A DNA stretch of 64,000 nucleotides from Azolla caroliniana (taxonomy: Eukaryota > Plantae > Polypodiophyta): NCBI GenBank assembly GCA_043228905.1, contig JBHGNT010000001.1, forward strand, positions 35,712,001 to 35,776,000. Reading direction: 5' to 3'. This document shows positions 47,574-61,631 of this stretch, one piece after another. Each line of letters starts with the position of its first letter. Position 1 is the stretch's first letter. The position numbers and the translations under genes are program-made. The notes below the pieces were generated by a model. The model had not been told where the DNA came from and ran no database searches. It saw only the letters and a program-made list of their open reading frames with translations.

Positions 47574-49687
47574 CTTTACAAGAACATGCAAACACATATG
47601 AAAGCACACTTTGATACAAGCAAGATCTGAAAAAACATTGCTAGTTGGTGGATAAAGGGCTCAAGATAAACATTGCTAATAGATACATATGCACACCTTG
47701 ATACAAGCAGGATTTCAAAAAAGATTGCTACTTGGTGGATAAAGGGTTCATGTGACGTCCACACACACACAATATACGTATAAACAATCCATTCAACCCT
47801 TATGTATTGACATCTCCTAAACCATAATATTGGTCAACCTCATTTACACTAGATCAATATCTCTAGGCCATGAAGAAGACATTCATGCCTCATTGAGTCT
47901 TGAACAAGTTGTTGGACATGCTGCAAGCCACAACCTTTGTGGGGCTCATAGTGAAGACTTCCATATGTGTGGATGCTTCAACTTGATGCGTGGCATTAAA
48001 ACTTGGAAATTAATGAACTTTGTGCTTTGAATAATTTCCCCTTCTTGCTATGGATGAACTCTCCACGACACATCTTCCACTCCCAATATGAACCTCATAC
48101 GATCAACTTATACACAAATATTCCAAATGCATGGCCTCATAAGTAGGCTTATAGTGCCCTTTTGATGCTCCAAGTGATACTAGTTTACTTTGTTTGGCTT
48201 TAAAGATGAAATTTGATTAATCCTCGCAATGAATTTCTTCATCATAAGTATCATTTATACCTTGTCAAGGAGTAACCATTAACATTGATGACATGAAGAA
48301 GAGCAAAATAAGCGTCATCCTTTGTGGTTCCGATCTCTCGCTCGAAATAACTCTTGAGCTCAATCTTCCAAACCAGTTAGTGGATTGTATGCTTGCAATC
48401 ATAACTTGATTGCCATCCTTAACTTCTACATCGATTTATCAATCTCAAGGCAACACCGACTCAAAGTAGCCAAGCCCATTTCAATGTTAATAAGATAACA
48501 ATCCCCCCCAACTTCATTGGAATAATGTGGACAACGATTTTGGTTGGAACCGCATCAAAAGCACTTGAATGATGATGTTTTACCACTTCGCCATAGCACT
48601 CTCTATCATTATTTGGTGACTTGTCTTGGCTAGAGCATTTCATATTTTACTTAATTTCATAAAAGTGTATGAAAAAGGTATCCCTCTTCAATGTGATTGT
48701 CACAACATTGCACACTAGAAATGAGAACATGGAAAGCTTTTCCAAATCCCACTTAAACCCAAGAGGTACCTACCAAACAGACTTCAACACTTTCCACTAA
48801 TATGATAAAGTCGATAGAGGACAATGTCTATTTTAAATCAAGATGTCAATAACAATCTATTAAAAATGCTTGACAAGACTCAAATGCTTGATTGGATGTT
48901 AACAAACCGAAAGTCCTATCACCAGGGCAATCCCGATTCCCAAGGACATAAAGGCTAGTAATATGCCGAGTATAACGATGATTGATGATATAATTGTTGA
49001 GGTGGAACAAGATGAAGATGAGTTGGAACAAGATGATGGTAATTACGGTTGTGATGGCCATGGTGATGTCAAAGAAGAGGAAAAAGAAGATGGTGGTAAT
49101 TGTGATTCACTGATTGCGATGGCCATGGGCTACATTCACTCTACCTCCATTTCACTTTTTCTCACTTTTTCTACCTCAAAGGTGTGATAGTTCTACTTCT
49201 TTCTCATTGGGTTACATTTCCTCCTACCCCTCATTACTTCTTCACACTCCTATTATGTATTTTGGGTTTCCAAAAGCCTTCTCTTTCAATCTTACCTTTG
49301 GGAGGAGTGTTCAGGTTGCTTTGTGAATCATTTACCTCCATCTTCACACCATCATCTAAAGTCACGTTCTATATAGAGACATAGAAGAGATAGTGTGCAC
49401 ACACACACACATGTACATAAAATACAGCCATGTTTAGTTAAACAAAACAATACCTATTAGTTGATGCAAAATGAAACCCACATTGTCACCTTACCCATAT
49501 ACACCCAAAAAGGAACTTATATATCCACAAATAACAACCATCCATGGAAGCTGGATCTAGGTCTAACTTTATGATATATTATTTTACCTTTTTCATGCAG
49601 TTATAACACACATTTGACATTTGATATGTTAAATCTATCACTTCATGTTATGATCACATGCAATTATTTTGTTTTTCACATGCTCAC

Positions 49688-49752
<65 letters not shown>

Positions 49753-51134
49753 TCACTCACACTCCCCAAAGCCCAAAATATAACGCTTCAAACTTCACCA
49801 TTTCACTTACCTTAAATATTCTCACTTTAGCATATCTTTTATGCACACAAACCTATATCACATCAATAGTCTCAAAGGGGAAATGTGGTGGTAGAAAGAC
49901 AAAATCATGAAAATCCAATGGAGAAGACACACTTGAGGTGAGGCAAAGGATGATTTGAGTGACCTGATTTGAGGTGACCAAGATAGTATAAGTCTATCAA
50001 CACAGTAGTTGCAAGGAACTTGATTGCCTGGTGGTGTGAAGAAAATGATGAAATAGACAACCTATGGATTGAAGGACTAGATAGTTGTTAGTAACTTGTT
50101 ACGATGCAATGTATGCTAGGATCATAGTAAGTTGAAGAGTAGGCTAGAAATAAGCACATTTGCATGGAGATGCATGCAATGGCTAAGTGGTACTTTACTA
50201 CTTTGGCTAGGTCTTTTTCTGTTTACCTCTAATGTAGTTTTGATAGAAAACTCCACACTAGCATGTTCTTAAGAGGTTATGGAATTTTCAATGCTACAAA
50301 TGAGTTTCAGACCTTTCACTTTCCCGCACTCAATTGTGATTTCAATGACAGAGGCAATCACCAAGAATAGCCAAGGCTACCAAAAGTATGATTTTCGTCT
50401 TTTTTTAAGGAAGATCAACAAAGGTTGGAAGACATCATCAAAACCTCAAAACCTTTGTAATTAATTTTTTTTCTATCTTTGATTAAAGTTACTTGAGGAT
50501 TTACATAACTTTTCAAGAACTACTAATGACAGATGGTATTATTATAACACAACAATTTTAGGACTTTCTTTCAAATCTTGTCTCTATATCACATATATAC
50601 TTGTTTTGATTATAAGACAACAAATATTATGATCTTATTTCCCAACTTCTCTTTGCTAGAAAGCTTGAAAATCTGAAGACCTATTTGTGGATTCCCAAAT
50701 AGGGTCATCACCATGATCAATTTTTTGTATGAAAGTGTTGCGTAGTTTTTGTTCTTACCAAATGAGAAGACCCTCACAAAACTCCTTTTTATAACCAAAA
50801 ACTACCTTCTTTTCAGCTGAAAATACTGCGCCAAGTGCACTTCGGAACTCCTCTGAGAAAGGAACGCGCCATTTCTTTACATCAAATCCTTGCATTGGAT
50901 ATTGGAGAACCTTACTCTAAAATCATGGAAGGCAAAGTGCTATTGTATAACATTAATCTCATATTGTTTTTACCAAGCAACTTGAAACCACTTGTGGTAT
51001 CTCGTTTTGTTAACTTTAGGAAAGAACTCCGAAAAAAAAATGATACATAAGGGTGGTCTCATTACATGTGATGACTCCACAACTCCAATATTTACTAACC
51101 TATACAATATATAGCAGTGCTATTACCACATGCA

Positions 51135-51168
<34 letters not shown>

Positions 51169-51238
51169 ATTCATATATCTATATGTATATATGTAAGAGT
51201 ACAAGGACCCACAGTGAATTTTACACCTTCTGGCTTGC

Positions 51239-54200
51239 TCACATCACACTACAATTACATTTGCATTCTACTCTTTTAGATTGCTCATTCTTTTCTTTAT
51301 GAAGCATTGGCATTGGTTCAATGTGTTGTTGCTCATAGTTACCCATTATTGCATTGTGGACATCGTCCATTGCAGTGTGCCTCATTGTCACGGCCGGGGT
51401 TTGTCTATGAACCATCCATTGTTTTTGAACAAGACTAGATGTCTGTAATGATCCGTTTCTACTATTTGCCTTCTTTCCAGAGGCACCTAGCTCCCCAGTC
51501 TTTTGTCCAGACCTAGAGATCAACCCATCATAAATCTCCCTGTTTGAGCTTGAGTTCACATTCGATTTCTCTTGTTCTTGTTGTATTGCGAGGCTTGCGG
51601 CTTTGTATACGAGCTCATGTATGATCGAACTACAAAACAAGATAGTGTTGGTTGCCTCTTCTAGTGTCGTCATGTTCCTCATTGATGATGGTTGTTGATT
51701 ATATGTCTTGGGTAGTAATTCATCTACACGATGGAAAACCACATCAAAGTTTCAATTATCCATTTCCGATATATAATTCATTGTTGTTTCATCATTCGTA
51801 CTAAAACAAGCGTGCAAAAAACAAGCAAAGTACTAACAAAAGAAAAGAATTCAATCTTACCATCACAAATCAATGGCATCCCAAGTGTAGACTTATATTG
51901 TTCATTTGAAGCATCTGACATGGGTCTTGCCTCGGCCAATTCGGATCCATCGCAGCTACGATTTTGTACTAAATCGTGGCGAAAAGACTCTGACGCGCCA
52001 TCTTGGTGTGCAATCTCGTTGATCGAAACCTCACTTGATGCACTGGGAACAATGGATCCAAGGTTGGGACTATGGGTTAAGGCATCCCTCTCAGTAGAAT
52101 AAGTAGTCATTGCAGCTTCAGAAATGGCATAATTACTCAAGTGATCATCAAGATGGGCACCATCTAATGCCAGTGTTTCAACTGGGGTTTCGCATGGTAC
52201 AGTGATTGTGCCTGGTGCAATATCCGGCATGTTCTCCGAATGCACCCCAACCGATCTAGCATCTCCGACAATGGAAGGTGAGCTCCAACTGAATCTATGT
52301 GACCCAGATCGAGACAAGTCACAGCTCGCAGCTTTCTCGGTATAAGGTATGCTGCTGTCTTGAGATCTCATGCTCATCGTCATGCTCACAGTGCTCTTTG
52401 ACATTGAATTTTGCTTCCGGAACGAGCCCACATCGAATGAGTTCTTCTGAGAACCATGTGTGCCGCCCCCGGTTACACTGTTCCCGAATGTTGGAGAGTA
52501 CAATTGTGCCCTTGTAATTATGTCATTATCTCGTGCACGGTGCTCTGAATCATTTGATTTGCTGCCCCATTCGTGACATAATGTGCCCTCGTTCCATTCT
52601 AACGTTTTTCGGTGATTAGATTGTGATGCAGAGATCATGTTTTTTGGCTTATGAGTGGTGTGGCTACCCTCTTGTAGCATTTCAACTGGTTGAGCTCCCA
52701 ATGAAGAAACAAGAGTGCCCTCCTCCTCTTCATTCATCATCAAATCATGCTTTTCACCCTCCATGAGAGAATCAAGGCCCACATTTCCATTTGAACTCTC
52801 CAAATGTTCCTCCTCTTGATCCGATGTCAAGCTCACAACCGCATCATGATTCATCATTTCCATTTGACATAGATCGATGGTCTCGGCACCAGAATTGGAG
52901 GCCGAATCTTCTCTCGCAATCGCATCATCATTCACACAGGGCGAATGTGACAACGAGCTTCCCGATAGATCTTGTTGAGTATAGCCAGCCCTTGTTGTAT
53001 AGAGTGATGTTGCCGGCACATTTGACAGTAGCGGGCGGAACATAGACTGTGAGCTCCGCTTCTGTGTCTAAATGTATCCCCGAGCCCGAACCGAAGCAAA
53101 GGAAATTAGGTATGATGAATGGACATGTAAGAGCAGAAACACAGATTCAACCATTAAAGCAGTAGATAAGAAACAAGATATAACATACATACCACAGCTT
53201 GTCTTTCATATGATCTCCGGGATGCAAACGATGAGAATTGGTCTCCTCCTCCTGCCTTCACCTGCTGCCTCTTCAATGCAGGCGCAACACATTTCCGAGC
53301 CACATTCGGATCCCCGGGTTTCGAAGAGAAACTAGAGAAGCTCTTGGACCCATTATCGGAGCTCGTCCTGGTACTAACCGAAATAACCGACTCCGCCATC
53401 TCTGTGTCGTCATCGAAACATGATGAAGCAGCCTGAGAAGCACTCTGCTGGTCCAGAGCATGGAGGGAAGCAGTAGCCCTCCAGCTCCCCGCACCCGCAG
53501 ACATGGAGGTGACATCAGAACTAGAGATGGACTGCCATTGTGCCTGAGTCATCATCTCGGATGCTTCTCCAGACAAGCTCCTGGTCCGAGATTTGGGACG
53601 GTTAATCCTGGCATGGCCCTGGCATGGGCTTCGATTCATCTTGGTTGCGGTGGCTGGGCGGTCACTCAGAGATGTGCGAAGGTTGGGGGGCGGGGGAGGG
53701 TCTGCAGAGAAACCTGGTAGGGATGATGATGATGGTGGTGGTGGTGGTTCCCATGGCCGAAATTTCGGCGACAGAGACTTCCCCCTGTTCTTGCCATTAG
53801 TGACAGTACTGCTACTGCTACCGCTTCTCCTTCCTGGAGATGGGGAGGTGTTGTTTCGGTGCAGAGTTGGGGTGGAGGACCTTGAATTCGAGCGGCTGGG
53901 CCCTGCAGAGTTCCTTCCCGGTGTAGGTGTCGGAGGAGTAGACGGCCGGCATGGCGACAAAGCCCTAAATGTCGTCGAGTTAGACCTAGAAATTACTGAA
54001 GGTGAGGATGGCCTCCCTCTGCTGCCACCATTACTTCTTGGCGTCAACACAGAGGTGTTAGTGCTCGGATGGCGCGCAGAGCTCCCATGGTGTGCTGATC
54101 TCGTCGGTGTCTCTTGGGAGAATGAAAGCTGTCCAAGCAGAGAATGCATCAGAAATGGCCCCGGATTAAACAGAAAAGAATCCGGAAGAGGCATCAGATA

Positions 54201-54969
54201 AAATCTATTTTTGAAACCTGAGTATAAACTTTGGATGCAGCAGCAGCAGAAGAAGAAGACCTCGTTAAAATCCTCCTTTGAGAGAGATTCACAATCGACG
54301 GCATATCACCATTACCATCATCATCATCTTCTTGGTCCAGAGATGGGAACAGAGGAGTTGTAGGGGGTGTCAAAAGCCTTCAAAACAGAAACAGAAATTT
54401 TCAATCTCAACAATGAATTTAATGGAGATGTCTCCATACCATTATTGCTCCTATAGTATGCATGTATACAGAATCCTATAGTATCCATAGTTCTTTTCTT
54501 TACCAATCATAATCATTCTTCTCCGGATCAGGGGTGAGAAGATCGGTGCTGAATTTGTGTGGAGAAGCCATCGTCATCGAAGGGGGCTTCATCACTGCCG
54601 AAGAAGAGATGCGAAATGTCTCATCGTAACCTGCATTCCAAATTTTTCCACAATCCATTCTCAGCTGTTTGTAAATTCCATTCTTAGCACCCCATTAAAC
54701 TCAACATAATCTGGGATTCTTATATCGATCTGAATTCATATATAAGACATAAAGGATATATGGGTTCTTATTGAAGCTTTGATTCTTCTTACTAGTGTTT
54801 ACTCACCAAGTTCAGATGCTTCAAGGTCATGATCTTTGGGAGGGTACAGGTAATTGCGGGTCTCGCGATCTTTCATTTCCCGGAAGAGGGCCAAGCCGTC
54901 GTCAATGCGGCCATGGGGGGGGTGGTGTTGATTATGAACTCTTCTACTCTGCTTCAAATTGGAGCCCAT
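51239..54969 (-). CDS. Basic proline/serine-rich protein of the BPP / At1g27850-like family with a C-terminal CaaX motif
   Basis: Spliced motifs DDGLALFREMKDRE, DLLTPDPEKNDYDW-LLTPPTTPLFPSLD, a Ser/Pro/Arg-rich middle with PPNLRTSLSDRP, MFRPLLSNVPATSLY, TLEEATNTILFCSSIIHELVYKAA, and the end CKCNCSVM*. About six exons; the start codon is tentative. Confidence 0.82.
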
Positions 54970-55540
54970 TTGATCAATGCACTGTAGAATCTCCTCTACT
55001 GCCCTCACTGTATCTCGGACTATATGTTGGGTATAGCCACTCTAGGAACCATGGGAGCTGGACAAAGTGATCAGAGGAGTGAGTGAGTGAGGGAGGGAGA
55101 AGAGATTAGATATGAATTGGGGAATTGAGCCTTTGAGGCAAAAGGGGGGGGGGGGGGGGCAAAGCAGAAGCAAGAAAAGGAGTAGATCAGAACAGATACA
55201 GAGAAGAAACAGCAAGAGAGAGAGAGAGAGAGAGGACCCAAAAGAGATGATGAAATCCACCTTCTCTCTCTTGCTTGCACATGGGTCTACTATGGAGAAG
55301 ACTACTACTACTACTACTACTATTACTACTACATTATTATGGATGGAGGAAGGGAGTTGAGTGTGAGTGTATGTGTGTGTGTGTGTGTGTTTCATGTACA
55401 TATGCATATTTCTCTCTCTTTCTTTTGGTTGCACAAAGAGAAAAAGAGGAAGAAGCCACCAATAGTAGTAGAGTTAGTAGAGTATGAGAAGAAGGGGGAA
55501 AAAGGTCTAGTACTTTTTTGTTGCTTTTGTAGCTACTCTA

Positions 55541-55594
<54 letters not shown>

Positions 55595-56805
55595 CATATG
55601 ATGAATAGATTGGCCTCCCTTCCCTTGGGCTCGGCCTCGCGTCCTACGCGTCACCATCCACAACCACGACCTCTTGGCTGTCTCCGAGTTGGCAAAGAAA
55701 AGAAAAGAAAAGAAGAGAGAGAGAGAGAGAGAGCAAGATAGGGAAAGCCTCGAGAGAGAGAGAGAGCCTTCGCCCTCTTCGTAGATAGCGAGATATACAT
55801 GTATGTGTGTGTATAGATATCTAAGAGAGAGAGAGAGAGAGAGAGAGAGAGTGTGTGTGTGTGTCTTGGCCAAGCAAACAATGTTGGGCTCCGACGCCTT
55901 TCCTTCTTCTTCTTTCCAACGAAAACAAAACGTTCGCCCCCTTCTCCCAATGAATGAATGCCGATATTGAGTCCCCCCCATTCCTTTTTGTTTTAAAAAT
56001 AACCAAAATTTCAAGTATGACCCCGCATTTTACCACGCCTACTTGAAATCGAGCAAAACGTGCTTGATTCCCGTTATCTTTTTTGATATTGAGGGGGAGG
56101 AACCCAACACTATACAACTGCAAAAAAAGAATGATCGTCCGTTTATGGGATTGCTAAACGAAAATCAATCGTCATATTTAGGTATATATCATCAAAAGTA
56201 TTACTTGTTTCAGGTATTTTAAGAGTACATTGACTCAAATAATTAAGGCATTATATTGGTTTCTTATTCGAAAATCGCCATCAAGATACCTTAAAACTTA
56301 CTTATAATTTCAAAGCATCGTTTCTTAAATACTAGGTTAGGTGTAACTAAAACTATATACATGAATGTCCATCATGCAACTTGCGATTTTATAATGGTTA
56401 AGAGCGTTTACTTATTTCTTAATGTTTTAGGTAACACTAATCTACACATTATACACACAGACAACTTGTTTTCAAAAGGTCAACATTAACGTTTGTTGCA
56501 TAACAAATTCAAATGCAAAATTTATTCTACATTATTCTAAAAACTTAAACTTGTAAGAGAGAAGGGTACCCCCTTCCTAACTGTTGCTGATGGTGCAACT
56601 TTCAAAGGTAAGCACCACTTCGGCTCCATCAAGATTCTAGACCGGAGAGGAGAGGGTATAAGGAATCTAATTATTGGATCGAGTTTGGAGAAGGCAAATA
56701 AATAGGGTTCTTCAATGGAAGAAAATATCAAATAGGGAACCACGAAAAAATGATCTTTTTCATTGTTTTAGGAGTTGGGAAAGGAAAAGTTGTGTGTGTG
56801 TGTTT

Positions 56806-56844
<39 letters not shown>

Positions 56845-59039
56845 CCATGTGAGGGCGAGAAAAGAGAGTAAATTTTACATCATCCAAAGCGAGTGAAGTG
56901 CAAATTGCAGTATAGACATCGTACAATGGACAGAGTTTTAGGTTAAGGTCCCATCCATAATACTTCTAGGTAATGTGTACACATAGGATAGAAAATTCGA
57001 GTGTTAGAAATTTCGTTGAGGGAAGGACAATGCATGTAAATATGTAGGTGTAACAAGTATGCATATTGCACGGTGGTGGCATAGGCTATGGACAAAGGAT
57101 AGGGAGAGGGGAGTAAGTTTTTTGTTACGAAAAGTGTATTGACCAAGGGGAGTGAGAGAGAACAAAAGAGTATATTGACTAGGAAAAGTGGGCGAGAAAC
57201 CTAGGGGACAGGTGGGGTAAATTTGTTTTATTTACGGAGGAAGAGTGAAAGATTATTGACCAAGTTAGCCTAGGGTGGGGGAGCATAAATGTTTTTACTA
57301 GCAAAAGGAGTATTGACCAACCTCCTTTGTGAAAGCTTTGGAGGAACCCACCACCCATGCATTAGTCATGAAGAAGCCATGCTAGGTTTCGATTTTCACC
57401 CCCCACCCAAGAGACACCAATAAATGCACCTCATCTCCTCTAAGCTCTTTGCTTGCGAGACAAGCATTCATAGCAGAGGAAGTACTGTTAGAACTTAAAC
57501 GAAGTAAAATGTTTATTGTAAAATATTTTACGTTCTTATTGAGCCACCTCACACTTAGATTTAGTAGCATTTTAACATTAAAATAAATACGAATTGCTAC
57601 GAAATCCAATGTACACTAAAAATTTGACACGTCAAATGAGAAAATTGATTAAAATGAGAGAAGCTTCTTCAAACATAAGACCATTCTGCATTGATTAAAC
57701 AATTCGCACAAATTTCGAGAAAACCCATAATTTTAGAAATGGCGAGACTTTATCGAGCATAAAATTGTGCAACCATGAAAATAAGTGTGAGAATACGGTT
57801 TATTAGATTTTAAAAGACATCAAAGTAATAACTAGTGGCCCTCCAAAGTGCATCCTCACAAATGGAGGGAATATCGTCATGTGTGATTATCCATCTTCTT
57901 GCACTTTGTAATTTGAACTTCTATTGAACAATTCCTCTCATGTCAACATCGGTCCTAAGTAGTAAGGAGCACCTAAAGGATGAAAACAATGCAATAATTA
58001 AGGTACAACATTGGTGGAGGTGCTAAAATTGGTGATTGTGGCCTCAAATATTCAGCATCATGATGAAAATGATGCGCGTAAATTTATGGAAATTTTGACT
58101 AACCTAAAGTATATTGGTGAAGGGTGTCATATGTAAGAACCCACTTTTCATGTCATGCTAGGACACTTTATTGTTTGATAAGCAGTAGTGAAGCCATGTT
58201 TCCTTTCATGCGGAATGATGACACAAAATGTAGTGTAAAAGAATAAACAAAAGACGAACACCTTGAATTTAGCCATAAGCTAATGACTCAACCCATTGTG
58301 CACACCAAGAAAGGGTAGATTATCGGTCATTTCACCTCCTACATTAAAATTCCAAAGTTTAGTATGTGAGATTTCTTAGGTAACTAAGAACAAATAGACA
58401 AGTTCCTATCTTGAAGCGATTTCAAAGGCCACAAAAGAGCAAGTCATGCTCAGAAAAGAATGAAAAAAGTGCATGAGTATCTGACGAGGCATCAAGAAGT
58501 GTAGGGAGTCTTGGTGTGTTTTAACTCAATTAGCTTGGAATATAGTAAAAGAACATAAAGTTTTGTGTGTTTGAAGTAATAGCTTAACACACATTGGTTT
58601 GTTGTATGATGTATCCTAATTTCCTATAGCTTGTTATTATATTATATTTGCAAATTGTAGCAAAGGAGAAATCTAATGGGATCATTTGTTTCAAGGGAAA
58701 AATCAAGAGTGTAAGATTGTCCTTTGCATGCTTGGATACTTAGTCGCGTGGTTGTGTGTCCTCTTGCCATAAAGCTCTAGAAAGGATATCATTATCACCC
58801 AACCCAAGAATGTTGATTGTGGAAGGTAGTTAATTGTCCTGGAAAACCTATATTGGGCCACGTAAACCCTCCCTAGGATATTGCTTTAACAAAGAAAGAA
58901 TGTATTTTCCAGATCATAACTTCTAAATATTGTTTAAAAGTACGTGAGAGTCATGGATTTTCCAATTTATCCCAATTAATATTGTATAGTAAAATCAAAC
59001 CAACTTTTGGCATGTTCATGTGAATCGAAAAGCATTTTA

Positions 59040-59135
59040 TACTAACAAGAATATTATGATCTCAGATAAAGTGAATTTCTATGCAAATACTAACAAGAAT
59101 ATTATGATCTCGGATAAAGTGAATTTCTATGCAAA
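59040..59135. repeat. 48-bp tandem duplication
   Basis: TACTAACAAGAATATTATGATCTC(A/G)GATAAAGTGAATTTCTATGCAAA occurs twice. Confidence 0.9.
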
Positions 59136-60668
59136 GGTGTGCACCCTTGAAGTTTTAGTGAGTTTCCCTTTAAAATGCTCACAGAATCATGAGAAACGTG
59201 AATAATCCCGTAAGTAGCGAACAAAAACTTGTGTACATTATGGTTACAACTTACACCACTTTTACATGTATTTGTTCTTGAACTCAACATCGCCACTTTA
59301 GAAATCACGTTAATTATATAACACCAATTTTGCTATCAAGATTGGGAGGTGCACAAGTTATTCAAGGTCATGTACATAGGATGCATGTGTCCTTTTATTG
59401 TTTTAATTTTTCCTATAGTGTCTACATACCAAAGAAAATTTTAAGAATATTCAAGTTTATCACCTTTTATACTTTCTATTTTTCCTATGGTGTCTACATA
59501 ACATGGAAGATTTTGAGAATATTTGGGTTAAGATTGATAATTAACATGACGAAGGGTAAACTGTGTAAATAATTAGAGAATAGACAAAAATGGTGCCATA
59601 TATGTGATACATCGTTTCTGTTGTAAGTTTCTAGCAAGAACATGTTTGGACTACAATAACATGGATATGGCCATCTATTTTATGAAATGGGAGATACACA
59701 AAAACAAATATAAATGCAAGGAGGCCAACCTTTTGGCAATTCCTCACTTTCTTCATTTTTCACTCCATAGACTAGACCTCTCTCTCTCATAAGATTAGTG
59801 TGAAGCACTTTGCCAAAGTCATGTTTGGTCATCGATGTTTTGGTTCTAGCCTAGTTTTTCTTTGCTCATTTGGTAGTGTATAAACTAGAATTTCTATGTC
59901 TACATACGTATAATGATAGAGCACTCTATCAGGTTGTGCCAATCCCCAATTACTTCATTGCATGTTATAACAAGCCACAAAATGATACTTTATAATCTTG
60001 TTCAACCCTAATCGGACATGTATATCTTGAAACTTTATAATCCTTGCTTCGGAATATCTTGCAACTTATGTTTGAGAAAACACACATGTATCCTTGCCAT
60101 GGGCTCAAAACCTTCACATATATTGTATTAGTTTCCCATGGAGGATGTTGAGGGTAAGGTCAACTGATCGCTTGCAAAATTCTAGGCTTGGTCCTCCTAT
60201 GGTGATCCAACAGTCACTTAATTTATTATGTTTTCCCTTCTTCCTTTCAACAAGAATTTCTCATGAATACACATAAAGATGGATGTACGCCCTAAACTGT
60301 GTGTGTGTGTTGCATATATACAAAGACTATTTGTTATAAGTTAATTTATTAAAAAAGGTTTCTTAACTTGACTAATCCAACAAGAAGTCTAGGCATGGAA
60401 CCCATAATGACCAAAAGAAATAATGGTAGATACCTTTACCCATGATGTGCCAAACAAATGTTGAACCCTCAAAGAAAATGTTATGTTATGTTGAGTGCCC
60501 AATTTCTCAAATGAGATTGCAAATTTCTTTTCATTTGCTCAAATCTCTGAATACATTTTTTAGTTGCGAACTGTGTTAACTATCTTATAGAGGCATGCAA
60601 AACTAATAATGAGAACGCACATGTGTCGGCAATGAATTTGTTACAGAAGGAAGTGCATAAGAATTCCA

Positions 60669-61017
60669 ACTCCCTCATTATAGCAAAAATCACCTGCTTG
60701 AAAGAATTTTATCGTGAGGCTAATTGGATGAGTTTATGTCAGTGTACAATTCAATGGATGGTGTTAGTTATTTGAAAGAGAAATGTATGACAAATGAAAC
60801 CTGTGAATTATTCACTCTCTTGTTTAACAATGAACTCATCCACAAATTATCCTAAACCTGTGTAAACTCCCTCATTATAACAAAAATTGCCTGCTTGAAA
60901 GAATTTTATCATGAGGCTAATTGGTTGAGTTCAGTTCAGTGTACAATTCAACGTATGGTGTTAGTTATTTGAAACAGACATGTATCACAAATGAAATCTG
61001 TGAATTATTCACTCTCA
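60669..61017. repeat. Diverged direct duplication of about 150 bp (period about 197 bp)
   Basis: ACTCCCTCATTATA.CAAAAAT..CCTGCTTGAAAGAATTTTATC...GAATTATTCACTCTC near 60669 and 60866. Confidence 0.85.
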
Positions 61018-61631
61018 TGTATGTGTTGACACAATTGCAAAACTAATACAGCATATCACCACCAAAACGGATTGTTAAGTTGGATCAATTTTGACAATGC
61101 AATTCTACTCTTATCCATTGAGAATGAGTAATTCTCCAAAATATGTTTACCTGCTATAGAAAAAAGAATGACGAAAAGAGACAGGGTGGAGATGAATTTT
61201 AGCACAGAGCACCCATCGAGAATAAGTAATTCTCCAAAATATGTTTGCCTGCTATATAAAAAAAAAGACTGACCAACAGAGACAGACTGGAGATGAATTT
61301 TAGCACAGACCACATACACATCTTCTAAAAAAAGTAAAATATACGGCACGAAGCAATCAATAGTTCCACATTAACAGTAAGGAAGTGTACACAAAGTTCA
61401 CAGATGTTTGCAAAGAAAACAGAAACTTCGATCCTGAAATGAATGAAAAAAGATGGGGTTTTTAACCTTTACCTCTAGGCCGCTGAGCATCAAACAATAA
61501 AGCATTTTTTTAAAGAGCCCGTACAATTAGTTCCTCCGTAATATGTGTGTAGCAAAAACTTCATGCAGAAAAAACGCCGTGTTTAGATTTTGCCTTGTGT
61601 GAGTGATCATAATTTCTATGTAAAAGAAAAG

